64,000 bases of DNA from Callorhinchus milii (taxonomy: Eukaryota). The translations under genes and the position numbers were made by a program. The stretch spans positions 89,530,001 to 89,594,000 of the forward strand of contig NW_024704742.1 of the NCBI RefSeq assembly GCF_018977255.1, given 5' to 3'. Below, piece by piece: positions 13,001 through 25,237 of the stretch. Position 1 is the stretch's first letter, and the number at the start of each line of letters is the position of its first letter. Under the pieces are notes generated by a model. It saw nothing but the letters and a program-made list of their open reading frames with translations, had not been told where the DNA came from and ran no database searches.

Positions 13001-16000
13001 AAAAATCCATAACATTTAAATAAAAAAAAGCTTGGGCAAGTCTACATTCAGCAGTGAATTTACTGATGGACACAGAATAAGATGTGCTCGATCAACAAGG
13101 GGAGTACACTGATCTTTGGAGAGCCAGTCTCTAGGCTTTCACTAGCTGCAGAAAGGTTACCTTTTCATTCCAATTCAAGACTTGGAAGGTTGCCCCAATT
13201 ACAACGTAGATATAAAGAAGCTATGCTATGTGCAATCATAATTATTTGTCACTGATTTGCAACCGAAATACTATTAGTGAGATTCCTGCTTTAACTGATC
13301 GGCTACCCGGTTACAAGCTGCAAGATAAGTTAATTAGAAATAATAGCCAGACGGTGTCCTTACACACGTCTTTCATTACCGGTTTCAGTACTAAGAACAT
13401 TTTCTGGAAACACACCATTGGTAATGGACACTTCAAAGAGAAGCGAGATATTAATGGTTACACAGCCATGTGAATCAAACATAAGGGATGATGTTTTACT
13501 TTTTCTTTGCACTGTTGCAGTATAAGCAATATGCATTATCTAGCTGGTTTCCTGGGCAATTTATGTACCTCTGCACCATAAATTGTGTTTATTTTTTTAA
13601 AAGCAATTCTATCTCTGCAATTTTAGCATGTGTGTAAAAAAATTATTCAGACACACATCGGGTTGAACAATACTTTGTGCACTCAACTACAGTATCCATC
13701 ACCATAGAAACATTATGGAGACCATTTTGATTGTTCATCTGTTTCGAATTCTAATACAGTCATTATGGCTTTTCAAGGTCAAAGTAGAACCAGGCATCAG
13801 AACACTGAGCACATAGTTAACATTTTATAAGCAAACTTATGGGTTAGCTCTTTTGTGCATAAAATAAGCCCAAGTGAGCATCTGGTATGTTGCGCACAGT
13901 GAATGCTTTCTGAAATTATGTTACTGTGCACCAGGTAAAATAGGAGCCACTTCTGAACACTTGTCAATAATATTAAACCACAGCACGGGTTGTTTTTATT
14001 GTGGCGATATATGAAAAAAGCTTTCTTCCCTGAATGATAATATAATTATTGTAATAATCCTTACATTTGGTATAGTGCCTGTCTTTCACATTGGGAGGAC
14101 GTCTCAAAGCAGTTCACAGGATGATCTTATAAAGTGTTAGGTGGGTGAATGTGAATTGCAAATAGGTAAATTCAATGCAAATATGGTGCTTGGCTGCTCT
14201 CCACATGTGTCTAGCCACTCTCACAGCCTTACTGCTCATGTCATTGACAACAGTGCGACAAGATCAGAGTCCTCCAGATATTTGCGGATATACAGGGATA
14301 AGTGACCCTGACTTTTTCTGCGGTGATCTCTTCTATGACCTTAGTTCCCCCCACCCCTAAACCTCACTTCCTCCAACCCACCACACACCAAGCAACATTT
14401 TTAGCACTCTGCTCATCCTCGGACTGTAAACAGCATCCCTGAATTTCAAAGCAGCCTTGTGCAGTGGAACATATTGCCCTGTCTCAGAGATCTCAGTGAT
14501 CGTGTGTTTCATGAAATCTCCAGCCATTTCCTCTTACAAGGTCAGATACACCTGCCAGCAACGGTCTCCAAACAATCACCGTGACAGGAAGTCATGTGCT
14601 GCTAGAGTTTTTACTTATTTGCCATCAGGTAGGTGGTGGTTAAGGGGATTGAAGCGAGAGAGACGGGACACACATCTTAGTTAAGAAGGAGCCTAATTCA
14701 AGGCTGTTTCCATTGCTTGGCCTGTCTACTTCTGGTTAAATAACTGGAACAATTCAGCTACTTTGATGGTTCTTCATTAAAGTATTCCCAAGGCATACTA
14801 ATCTGCTGTACTGTACACAATTGGCTACCTCATTTCACCCACAAAATATACAGTCAATTCACTTAACAGTATATTCTGTAAGCGCTTTGAGACATCTCAA
14901 AGACATCATAAGGTGTTATATCAAATACAAGGACTATTATTATTATCTGGTCACCAAATCAATTCTCTCTGGAAAGGGTAATTCCATGTTCTTAGCATTT
15001 TATCCCTGGCTTACCATGGAACCAGTGGCTCCGGCCTCCTACTTGTCCCTTGTACCCTCCGTTCCATCAATGGCCATGCTTTCAGCCACTACACTTTGAA
15101 AACTTTGGAACACTCTTCCTCTATCCCATCGCTTTGCCCCCTCCTTCCCAATCTCCAGGTGACACCTGAAGACCTTTCTCTTTGACTGTGCCTGCGGTTA
15201 CCTCCCCGCTCCCCCTGGCTTGGTGTCATGCTCCATCACTGTCAAGCATTCTGGGACACTACCCTGCATGAGTGGCATTATATAAATGCAAGTTGTTGTT
15301 ACCTTTTCGGTAGGGGAGGGCTTGCGTGTAGAAAGACCATTGCTATTCACCGAAACAGTTCTATTGCTAGACAAATATCGACGCAAATGCCTATACCAGA
15401 TTCCTGACTACAATCGGAACCTGTGTGGTGGCTTCATTAATCTGAGTAGATTTTTGTGTGAATCAATATGCCTTTTAAGAAGCCGTGCCCATCTGGACTA
15501 TGTCCTGTGAGTAAATGCTCCTGCCCAATGCATCCGGCTGATTACACTCCATTTCAAGAAAGTCCGCTGTTCACCCGTGGACTGTGAACTTACCATGTGT
15601 CACAAGTTCTGAGAAGATGCTGAGCAAATCTGCGAGTGACTGTGTCAACAAGCCTCCAACCCAAAGGATCCAACAAAGCTTATAAGACCTACATGACCCT
15701 GCTACTGCCTGAAATAGATGACTCCAGAATCTTTGTTGAATGTCCATCTTGAGATCTACCTCTTTGACCATGCATTTGGTGATCTTCACCCTCTTCAATC
15801 TCCTCAGTTTTCACCTCTAGCTCATGTACCCAGCAAGTAGTCCAAGAGATTTGAGATGTCCTCCCAACTTGAAAAGCGCTATATAAATGTAAATTGTATG
15901 GTATTGTCTATTTAAACACTGAGATTGCAGGATCCAAGTTTCACCTGGCAGTTGGGGGCTTGGGGGAGGGGAAGAAATTTGACCTTACAGGGGCAAAATG

Positions 16001-16499
16001 AAAAGCTGTGAGACCTCTTGATGACGTGATTAGGTGCTACATCAAGATGCAAAGATTATTAATACCAGGCAGTCATCGTTCTCAGAAAGGAGAGGAATAC
16101 ATCAATTTTAAACTGCAGTCGATGAGGGTTTAATATGATTAAGGCTGGCAGGCTTTTGCACTTCCTATCACTGCATTGATGATTACATTATATTTAGTCC
16201 TGTCCCCTCAGTTCAGACGTTTCTGAAAAACTAACTTCCCATTCCAGTCTTGTCAAAGAAATATAGAACTTGCTGTGTTCTGACATTTTAGCTGTGTGTA
16301 GTTTGGTGCCACGTTTCACCAACAAAATACACAAACACTCCACAGGATATAATGTGAAGTGCTTTGAGACGTTTCAACGATGTGATAAAGGGCTATATCA
16401 AATGCAAAGATTATTATTAGCTTATTTCATAAATTATTATCAAAGCTCTTCACAAGTTATTACTAAGAAATGTAGTGACTCTTTTTATATGCAAACGTA

Positions 16500-16813
16500 G
16501 CTGTCATTTGAATACTGCACGGTTTTACCATGAAGTGAATGACCAATTAATTTGGGGGAATTTCATCTGGGGCTCTGAGAGAAACTCCTTTCTCTTTCCA
16601 GCATCATTGGAACTTTAATATCCACCTGAATAAGCAGATGGGACCTCGGGTTAAAGACTCATTCAAAAGACATCATTTCTGGCAATGCAGCGATGCCCAG
16701 CACTGAACTGCAGGGTCAGTCCACAGTGTGAGCTCAAGTCCCATCAAGGAGCTTGAACCCACAAACCTTTTAACCCAGAAGTAAGAGTTCTACCAACCGA
16801 GCCAACCTGACAC
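16500..16813 (-). mobile_element. Old Deu-domain SINE
   Basis: Reverse complement of the head and body seen at 18059-18500. Confidence 0.75.
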
Positions 16814-17339
16814 CAGTGAATCTGTCACACATTTTTAATATTTATGGTCTCCTGAGAGAGTGCATCAAGCGCTTTATTTTTGCTGTTGGGATGAGAAAGA
16901 ACCGTTTTTCTATAGTTGATGTGATGGGTCATTAGGAGCCCAGGAGAGGTTTTGTGTTCACAAAAGATGACGTTTGTGAGTTTCACATAAATAACAATAA
17001 TAATCTGAATCAATATTTCCAAATGCAGACCTGATTGTAGAATCCAGCTGCTGGCATTCTTCACACCAGCATCGCTGGGATTTCATCTGAAATTGGTCGT
17101 GCTTAGATTACTTTCACAATGGGCTGGTTTTATTCCCTACTATGGGTTAGTGCAGGTACAGTATTGGCAGATTTGTGTCTAAGCACAGATAAACCCATTT
17201 CAATAGCATCTTGTCGAGGCTGGTGAGATTAAAGCGGGAACATGACAGTGAACTGTACAATATGTGGTGCATGCCTTGATTTAAATGCTCAAGTTAATGA
17301 GTAAGTTACAACTTTTGATACAAATAATAGCCCACTACT

Positions 17340-17562
17340 GGGTTCCAAAATTCTTAGTCTTAGATCATTTTGTCTTAAAATTTAAGAGGGTGTAGAATTT
17401 TGGAAAATTATTCAATTCAGTTTTAATTTAGGGGCTGGTTTAAGAACTTCAGAAGATCATTTTCCAGATTAGCACAATGTAAGTATTTTCCAAAAGTCTG
17501 CACAATATTGAATTTTAAGAGTTGATTGTTAAGGCTAAGACCAAGAAGAATTTCAGTTCCCC
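17340..17562. mobile_element. Palindromic MITE-like element
   Basis: Imperfect 70-80 bp inverted arms at 17340-17410 and 17484-17562. Arm-like sequence recurs elsewhere in the window. Confidence 0.55.
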
Positions 17563-18058
17563 CAAGTGCTGTCGGAGTTAATGTATTCGTATTGGAATGT
17601 ACCATATATCAATCTTGTAGAGTTCATCTCAAAATTTTGCCTTAGAAATTTCATGGAGCTCAATTTTAATTGTAAAAGAACCTTCGCTACCCTTGAAATG
17701 AGTTGATACTGATATGAGGTCCATGTGGATAACCTACCAAGACCTTAGCAAAACCATAGCTGTTGGACTGGATGGAATAATAGATCAAACCCCAAAAAGA
17801 CATTGACAGATAGCTTCCCTGCTTCTTCATCTGCAAGAGTTGAATCATCTATATCAACCCAAGGTTAACTGTGTGGTGCATTACCACTTGTGGTGCCTGA
17901 GATCTATTTCTGATCCTGCACAGCTTCCTTACATTTTTCTTTGCCGTCCCTAAAGGGATCAGAATATCAAATAGCAAATTATATTCATATGGCACCTTTC
18001 ATTATAGGAATGTCTTGACGTGCTTCGCAAAATGGAAATAATTTGAAATAATAATAGT

Positions 18059-18500
18059 GTGTCGGCCTGGCACGGTGGTAGCACTCTTGCCTCTGAATCA
18101 GAAGGTTATGAGTTCAAGTCCCACAATGGGACTTGGAATCACATAGTCTAAACTGACACTCCAATGCAGAGGTAGGGGGAGTGATTCATTGTTGGAGGCG
18201 CCAACCTATGGATGAGACGTTAAACCAAGGTCCGGTCTGCTGGTTCAGATGGAAGTTAAGGATCTCATGACCCTATTTGAAAAGAGAAGGGAGTTTCTCC
18301 TGGTGTCCTGGCCAACAGTCCCCCAAATAAAATTGGTCACTCACTGCATAGCTGTTTGTGAGACATTGCTGTGCACAAACTGGCTGTCGCGATCGTCCAC
18401 AAAATGCATATTCAATCCACTTTACAGTAAATCCTGTGAAGTGCTTTGAGATGTCTCGACAATGTGGTAAGGCGCTATATCAAATGCAAGGATTATTATT
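18059..18500 (+). mobile_element. Old Deu-domain SINE (SacSINE1-like), full length
   Basis: tRNA-like head (GGTAGCACTCTTGCCTCTGAATCAGAAGGTTATGAGTTCAAGTCC), Deu-type body (GGATGAGACGTTAAACCAAGGTCC...GGAGTTTCTCCTGGTGTCCTGGCCAAC...GCTGTTTGTG), L2-type tail and (TTA)n. Confidence 0.85.
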
Positions 18501-19152
18501 AATAAAGAGAACGCTGCGTAGGCGACTGAAACAGGTCAATTGTGCTGGCGGCTTCCCAAAAATAACAGTCAGATAAGTACCTGATGAATTGAAGTGTTCT
18601 GCGGTGAATTTGGATAAGGGAAGATTATTAGCCAGGAGAATATGAAGCAACTGCTTATCCTTCTAATGCTATCAAAACAGAGATAGGCAGTTTCTCCCAT
18701 TGCATGATATATCATGTGATCCATCTGGGAAGGTGGCATTTCAGGAGGATGGAAGTAAAATTTAAATGGTAAATTTAGAGTTGGATTAGATTATTAAATG
18801 GCAAATGGCATGTGTTTTCTTGTTGCCGGGCAATATTGATCTGAAACATTTTCCTTGTAGCACCATCTAAATAAAGAAAAACACTTGCACTTGATATACT
18901 GTAGTGACGTAAACATCTGTGTACTCAATAAATTACTCTGAAATGTTGTAGGTTAACACAGCAGATAATTTGCGAGGAAAATGCCCCCCAAAACTAAATA
19001 AATGAGAAAATGTAATCTGTTGAATCTGAATGAGGGAGATTATTGTGAAGGATACTCAAAGGATTGCCTACTCACCTTCAAAATAATGTCAATAATAGGG
19101 ATCTTTAACGTCCATTTGAACCACCAAAACAGGCAAGGGGCAGACCTTACTA

Positions 19153-19548
19153 ATAATAGTGCTTACATTTGATACTTGATATAATGCCTATCACATCCGG
19201 AGGGTAAACTGTGAAGCGTAGTGATTGTATTTTTTTAAATGTGGCAGCCAATTTGTACACTTTTACACAAAGCTAAAAGATTAGTGATCAATTTAATCAA
19301 GGGGATTGTTGGACAGGACACCAGAAACTCCCTTCTCTTTTCAAATATTGCAATGGGATCTTTAACATCCAACTGACAGACCGATGGGACTTCAGTGTAA
19401 CATCTTATGCCACCTCCAAAAATGAGGTGCAATCCCTACACTACATTGGGATGTCAGCCCAAACTGAATTCAACGTCTCGGTCAGAAGCTTGAACTCACA
19501 TCCTTCTGCCACAAAGACGAGAATACTACCGACTGAGCCAAGCTGACA
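19153..19548 (-). mobile_element. Old Deu-domain SINE
   Basis: Colinear with 18059-18500. Confidence 0.8.
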
Positions 19549-19782
19549 CAATCTGACCTTGGTTTTAACATCTCATTTAATGGACAGATCTGTTCTCAGT
19601 TGTGCAGGAATATGAAATCTATTTTACCTCAGCAACAGACTCCACATGCCGTCATGCTATCTTGACAAAGGTTGTGTTCTTATGCATGAAAGATATGAAA
19701 CCAATTTATAATTTTACCTTTTCCTGATCACCATTTACACCTGCAGAAGACAAGCCACTAAGGGAACAGAGGCCAGACAAAT

Positions 19783-20150
19783 AATAATAATATCCTTGCA
19801 TTTGATATAGCACCTTAAAACATGTTTCAAAGCAAGTCATAAAATATATTGTAAAGTGGATTGACTGTATATCTTGTGGGCGAAATGCAGCAGCCAATTG
19901 TGCACAGCAGTGTTCACAAACAAATTATGACCAAATTATTATTATTTTTTTGAAGGGATTATTACCCCAGAAAAGCGATCTGTGAATCAACTGACAATGT
20001 TCCTACGTCTGCAAAGTAAACAGAGGATACCAGACGATATTTATTGTGGAGTAAGGAAATCTTGCCCAATGTTTCACCTTGCCCGGGAATTGAACCCAAG
20101 TCTTTTCGCTTGCGAAGCGAGTGCTCTAACCACTGAGCTACAGGACCCCA
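19783..20150 (-). mobile_element. tRNA-Ala SINE, long form
   Basis: Head GGGGTCCTGTAGCTCAGTGGTTAGAGCACTCGCTTCGCAAGCG, long-form middle segment, tail with (TTA)n. Confidence 0.9.
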
Positions 20151-20199
20151 CATGGGGATGGGGTGGTGGAATGGGGATGAGGGTGGGGCGGGGCAGTGG

Positions 20200-20990
20200 T
20201 TAGTATTTCCGATAGGGCTTCTGGAAATCTCCGGTGTTGAGCCAGGGTCTAGGCTGGTTGCCGAACATCTCGATGTCATGGGTCACGCACACGGCCAGTG
20301 CTCATATGGTGGCCTTGATCTGGTCCAGATCCGGTGACAGTAACTTCTCCTTGTTGTCGCCATCACCCAGCTTCTTTGACTTGAGATACTTGAAGTCCCA
20401 GGTGGGAATGGAGACGCTTTTCTGGGGGTAATAATCCCTTCAAAAAAAAATAATAATTTAATCACTCAATCCATGGCTGTTTGTCAAACATTGCTGTCCA
20501 CAATTGGCTGCCTCATTTCGCCCACAAGATATACAGTCAATTCACTTTACGGTATATTATATGAATTGGCGTACTGGTGCTATCTGACCTGATTTGACCT
20601 CGCACAGGAAGCTCCTCACTCATACTGCCATCGTCTGCGTTCTCTCCATCCAGGTCAGACATGAAGAAGGGCTCGCAGTCCTGGCTGGTTGATTCCTCAT
20701 CCTCACAAACATAACTGAAGAATCATTCATGCAGCTCCACTCCAGGTTCATTCCCGGTCTCCATCCCGGTCTCCGATCTGGCCTCTATCAGCTTCTGGTC
20801 TGTGGCTGGGAAGCTGCCACTGCCGTAAATGGAAGAGCAGCTCTTAGAGAAGGAATCGTCGCGCAGTTTGGGTGCCTCGTCCATGACTTACTCACAGCCT
20901 CCACTTCGACTGCACATTGTGCCGCACAATCTGCGTCTGAGCAATGAGAAGACTTCATCTGTGTTGGGGTTCTCCTCAGGGCCTCTCTAA
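20200..20990 (-). pseudogene. AKT1S1: Disabled, probably processed copy of AKT1S1 (PRAS40, proline-rich AKT1 substrate 1)
   Basis: Manual minus-strand translation. 20415->20200 gives VSIPTWDFKYLKSKKLGDGDNKEKLLSPDLDQIKATI*ALAVCVTHDIEMFGNQPRPWLNTGDFQKPYRKY*, matching the PRAS40 C-terminus as I recall it (PVSVPVWGFK...SPDLDRIAASMRAL...[21 protein letters not shown]). 20730->20570 gives MFV(fs)DEESTSQDCEPFFMSDLDGENADDGSMSEELP, matching [31 protein letters not shown]. In-frame TGA at 20302-20304, frameshifts near 20702 and 20731, SINE fragment at 20415-20563. The 5' limit is uncertain (ATG at 20884). Confidence 0.93.
20415..20563 (+). mobile_element. Internal SINE fragment (no head, no tail) inside the AKT1S1 copy
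   Basis: CGCTTTTCTGGGGGTAATAATCCCTTC...CCCACAAGATATACAGTCAATTCACTTTAC. Confidence 0.88.
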
Positions 20991-21214
20991 AGTAAACCAT
21001 AGAAGCTAAAAGAGTTGCAATGACAGACTAGGACACACATCAGCCACACAAGACATACTGTTCTAGTACATTCATTCTGCTATCTTGGAGCATCCTGGTG
21101 GAAGAGTATGTGCCAGATGTATCAGGCCATCAACTCTGCAGTCAGGTAACACCCAGACAGGGGCACACTGCACGGTGTTTTACAGTAGAGCTGGACACAG
21201 TTTGCAGAGTTATT

Positions 21215-21555
21215 TGTCCCTCTAGTCAATTTATAAATCTTAATTAGACCACATTTGCAGTACTGTGTGTGGTTTTTGTCATGTAATGTATCATTAGAGA
21301 GAGTGTAGTGTAGATTTACCAGGAAGTTACCAGGAATGAGTGGATAGACATATCAAGAAAAATTGGATAGATTGGAGCTTGTGTCTCTAGAGATGATCTC
21401 TGATTGAGAGGGGACCTGAGAGAGGTGTTTATGAAAGAATTTGATGTGGTGGTTGAAATTAGCTTCAATAAGGTGAACATTAATTAATAGGTTGTTTTTG
21501 ACTTGTCGGTGAACCTAAAGCAAGGCAGTATAAATGTAACATTGCAACTTGTAGA
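21215..21555 (+). mobile_element. Decayed CR1 ORF2 C-terminal fragment
   Basis: LYKSLIRPHLQYCVWF...LERV..RFTRKLPGM...LIERGPERGV-type remnants. Confidence 0.75.
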
Positions 21556-21559
21556 TCCA

Positions 21560-22330
21560 ATACAAATTGCATTTGTATAGTGCCTTCCACGTCAGGATAA
21601 CTTCTCAAAGCGCTGGACAGTCAGAGATTTGGACCAGGGCTTGGGGTCAGGATTAGTGAGGATGGAGGGCAGGGAGGGTAGGAGGGTGGCCGAAAGTTCG
21701 GTCGAAGATAGGGTTTTGAGATGCGCCTTGCAGGTGGTAACGGAGGGAATGACGCAAAGGGAATGTGGGATGGGGTTGCAGAGGGTGGGGGCAGAGAATC
21801 TGAAGGCCCGGTCCCCGATGGTGGAGCAGGTCGGGCTGGGGACATGGAGCAGACCAGAGCGGAGGGAGCGGACAGGTTGATATGGAGTCAGTAGGTCACA
21901 GAGGTAGGGAGGGGCAAGGCTCTGGAGGGCCTTGAAGGTGCGGATGAGAATTTTGAACTCTATCCTCTGGGGGATAAGTAGCCAGTGGAGCCGGGTAAGG
22001 GTGGTGGTGATTGGGTCATGGAGCCTGGTGTGGGAGAGGACATGAGCTGCAGAGTTCTGGATGATCTGCAGCTTGTGAAGGGAAGAGTTGTGGAGGCCGA
22101 CAAGGAGGGCGTTGGCATAGCCGAGCCTGGATGTGATGAATGCGTCGATGAGGGTTTCAGTGGCTGAGCCGGACAATGTTGCGGAGTTGAGGGAAGGCAG
22201 AGCAGATCATGGCACGGATATGGGAGAGAAAAGACAGTTTCAAACAAGACGTCAAAGTTCCGGACTGGCTCAGGTGGTGGTGAAGCTGTCAGTGGCCGAT
22301 CTTAAGGGGAGAACAAAGGACCCTGTCTTC
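21560..22330 (-). mobile_element. L2 3' fragment
   Basis: ORF 21592-22176 ETLIDAFITSRLGYANALLVGL...LQIIQNSAAHVL...LHWLLIPQRIEFKIL, then the tail. Confidence 0.93.
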
Positions 22331-23427
22331 ACAGAGATTTTCTCAAACCAAAGACTCTGAAACACTGGAATAGGAGATGTATTAGCTGCACAGACAAATT
22401 TTGATTTTCAGCATTCATTCTGTCACCTCACCTTTGTTCGCCTGCAAAATACACAGTCACTGCACTTTCCAGTAAATCCTGTGAAGCTTTTGAGATGCCT
22501 TCCCAATGTGAAAGATGCAATATCAAATGCAATTATTATTATTATTGTATTATTATACATGAAGGAAACAATTTTACTGCACAAATAATACAAAAAATCT
22601 CTTACCCGTTAATACGACTAATTTTATTGTTGTTGGTTGCTGATTTTCTTTAATGCTTTAGTGTGGATCATATTCCAGCAATGAACCTAATCACAGTGGC
22701 ACTGCAGTATGTCAATGTATAATCACTTCCACTGCTATCGCGCAGATGAAACAGTCAAAACAGAGTGAATAGCTTGTAAAACTATTTTTAAAAATTGTGA
22801 ATCACAAAGCATTTTTCCAGACGATAAAACATATTGTTAGGAGCAGTGGTACTTTTTCACAACACAAGAAAAAACTATTCAACGGCGCTTCATTATTATT
22901 TTAAAATATTTCCTTTTAGCAGAGAAACAATTTTTATTTTTAGCAAGGAACCTGTGAATAGTACCGAGTTAAAGTTCTGTGTGCTGAGTTTCTCCCTGTT
23001 AAATGGAATGGCAAACTGCTGGGGTTTGGAATTCCATCAGATACTTGCTTGGTTCTTTTGCTAGTTTCAACGCTGTCTCAATGCCACATGTCAGTTTGAT
23101 CTGGAAATAAGAAAATCCAGTCAGCTGAGTAAAGCTGCACTGCTGTTGAGCTCACAAGATCTTTTGCTTCCCTCAGGTTGTGCTAATTCTCAGTTCTGCT
23201 TTCCAAGCTTGGTGCTTCATGCCCAGACCCTATTTTTACTTGTTCCTATTTTTACTTGTTTTGTCAGAACAGATTACAGTAATTGTTGTCTGTTTTAGTA
23301 CTATTAAGTCCACAAGAATTCATCGTAAATGAATCTGCTGCATTCTGCTCAAGGTCATTTATTTTATTACAGTGGAATACTGGGCACATATACTGGTTAT
23401 GTTACAAATACTCCTTTTCCTATTCTT

Positions 23428-23991
23428 AATATAATAATAATCCTTGCTTTTGTTATAACGCCTTATCAAGTCTTTGAGTCGTCTCAAAGCACTTCACAGT
23501 ATATACTGTAAAGTGAATTGACTGTATATTTTGTGGGCGAAAGGCAGCAGCCAATTGTACACAGCAATGTCCCAAAAACAGTCAAGGATTGAGTGACCAA
23601 ATAATTTTTATTTTTGATTTAGTTAATTTTTTTGAAGGGATTTTTACCCCCACCCCCAAAACGTGATTCGCCAGTCGACTAACAACTGGGTCCTACTTAC
23701 TGCTAGGTAAACAGATGAGTATGGAATATAATAATAATAATCGTTGCATTTGATATTGCGCATTATCACATCTTTGAGACATCTCAAAGTGCATCACAGA
23801 GTATACTGTAAATTGAATTGAGTGTATATTTTGTGGGCGAAATGCAGCAGCCAATTGCACACAGCAGTGTCCCACAAACAGTCGTGGATTTGAGTAAGGA
23901 AACATGCCTAACATTTTGCCCTGCCTGGTAATCGAACCACGTCCTCTTGCTTACCAGACAAGTTCTCTAACCACTAAGTTACAGGACTCCA
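23428..23991 (-). mobile_element. tRNA-Ala SINE, long form, with a second SINE 3' half (about 23730-23890) nested inside
   Basis: Two tails and bodies but one head. The long-form segment is continuous across the insert. Confidence 0.85.
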
Positions 23992-24839
23992 CATATTATA
24001 GGTTAACCCTTAGGTTGCATTATCTATAACTGTTGCATTGGTAGACTGGTTGCATATGACTTTAGTTTGTTGGGAAATGGTTAACAATGCTTCCCTCCAT
24101 ACGTGCTCATTGAGCTGCATTTGTTTCACACAGAAAAATTATTCTCAAACCTCCTGGATCTTCATTGAACTTTAAGTTGAAATCACTTTTTTTTACTGTA
24201 AACATGTAACTGAGACGAATATATAAAAAAAATACACTTCCAACCCCTAGCTCTCTGTGTAAATCATGGCAACGATGTATTTGGAAATGGTCTTGGTAGC
24301 AATGTTTTCCTGCACTGGTAGCTTGCATACAGAGCTGAGGGACTCGGCTAATGTGTTCAGTGGTGACCTGATTGATGGCATGTCAGGCAGCGATGGGTAC
24401 TCAGCAATGACTGTGTTTCTGCAGCATTGTTTTGGCATCGCTACTACTTTAGCAGCTGAAGAGAGTAAAGCTGTGATCTAGTGCTTGAATCTTGGAGGTA
24501 CTTTAGCCTTATGAACAGTTTGCAATCAATAAGAGTGCATGGGACAAAATAGTTTGGAGGCTGATTGGGTCAAAGTAAATCTGTCAACAGACAGTAAAAG
24601 TATATCTGAAGCCCAACATTTTTCATGTTCGTCTGGTTAAAGGCATTGGTCTTAAAATTTGAGACCCTGAGAAATTTTGAGCAACAGGCTTAATATCGAA
24701 GATAATTTTCCACAGTACGCCAGAAAATGTTTACCTTTTAAGACAATGGTCTCATATATCAGCAATTTCATGGATCAGATTTTTTATTTAAAGCACTTAT
24801 GACTTAAATTTTACAACTAATGGCAAGAATGATTCATAA

Positions 24840-25237
24840 AATAATCCTTGCATTTGATATAGCACCTTTTTTATGTTATCAAGACATCTCAAAGTGATTC
24901 ACTGGGCAGATGCAGCAATCAATTTACCCACAGCAATGTCCCACAAAAGCCATGAAGTAAATGATCTATTTTATTTTGGGGGATTGTTGGTCAGGACACT
25001 GGGATAAACTCCAGCCCTCTCCTTTCATCCATCTGAACAGACAGGTCTTTAACATCTATCTGACCAAACAAACTTTTAACATCTCATCCGAAGGACAATA
25101 CCTCTGAAAATGCAGCACCTCCAGCACTGCAATGAAGTGTCAGCACAAACTGTGTGGGTTCCAAACCCAATGCGAGGAGTGAATCTACAACTTTCTGACT
25201 TAAAAGCGAGAGTACTACCAACTAAGCCAGGCTGACA
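24840..25237 (-). mobile_element. Old Deu-domain SINE
   Basis: Colinear with 18059-18500. Confidence 0.82.

Noticed and set aside
14400..14640. LFG...KRKWLEIS, a Myb/SANT-like hint on the minus strand
   Set aside because: Only two tiny motifs in different frames.
15594..15708. 115 nt minus-strand AG...GTAAG exon-like segment
   Set aside because: Peptide not recognised; such signal pairs are expected by chance in 64 kb.
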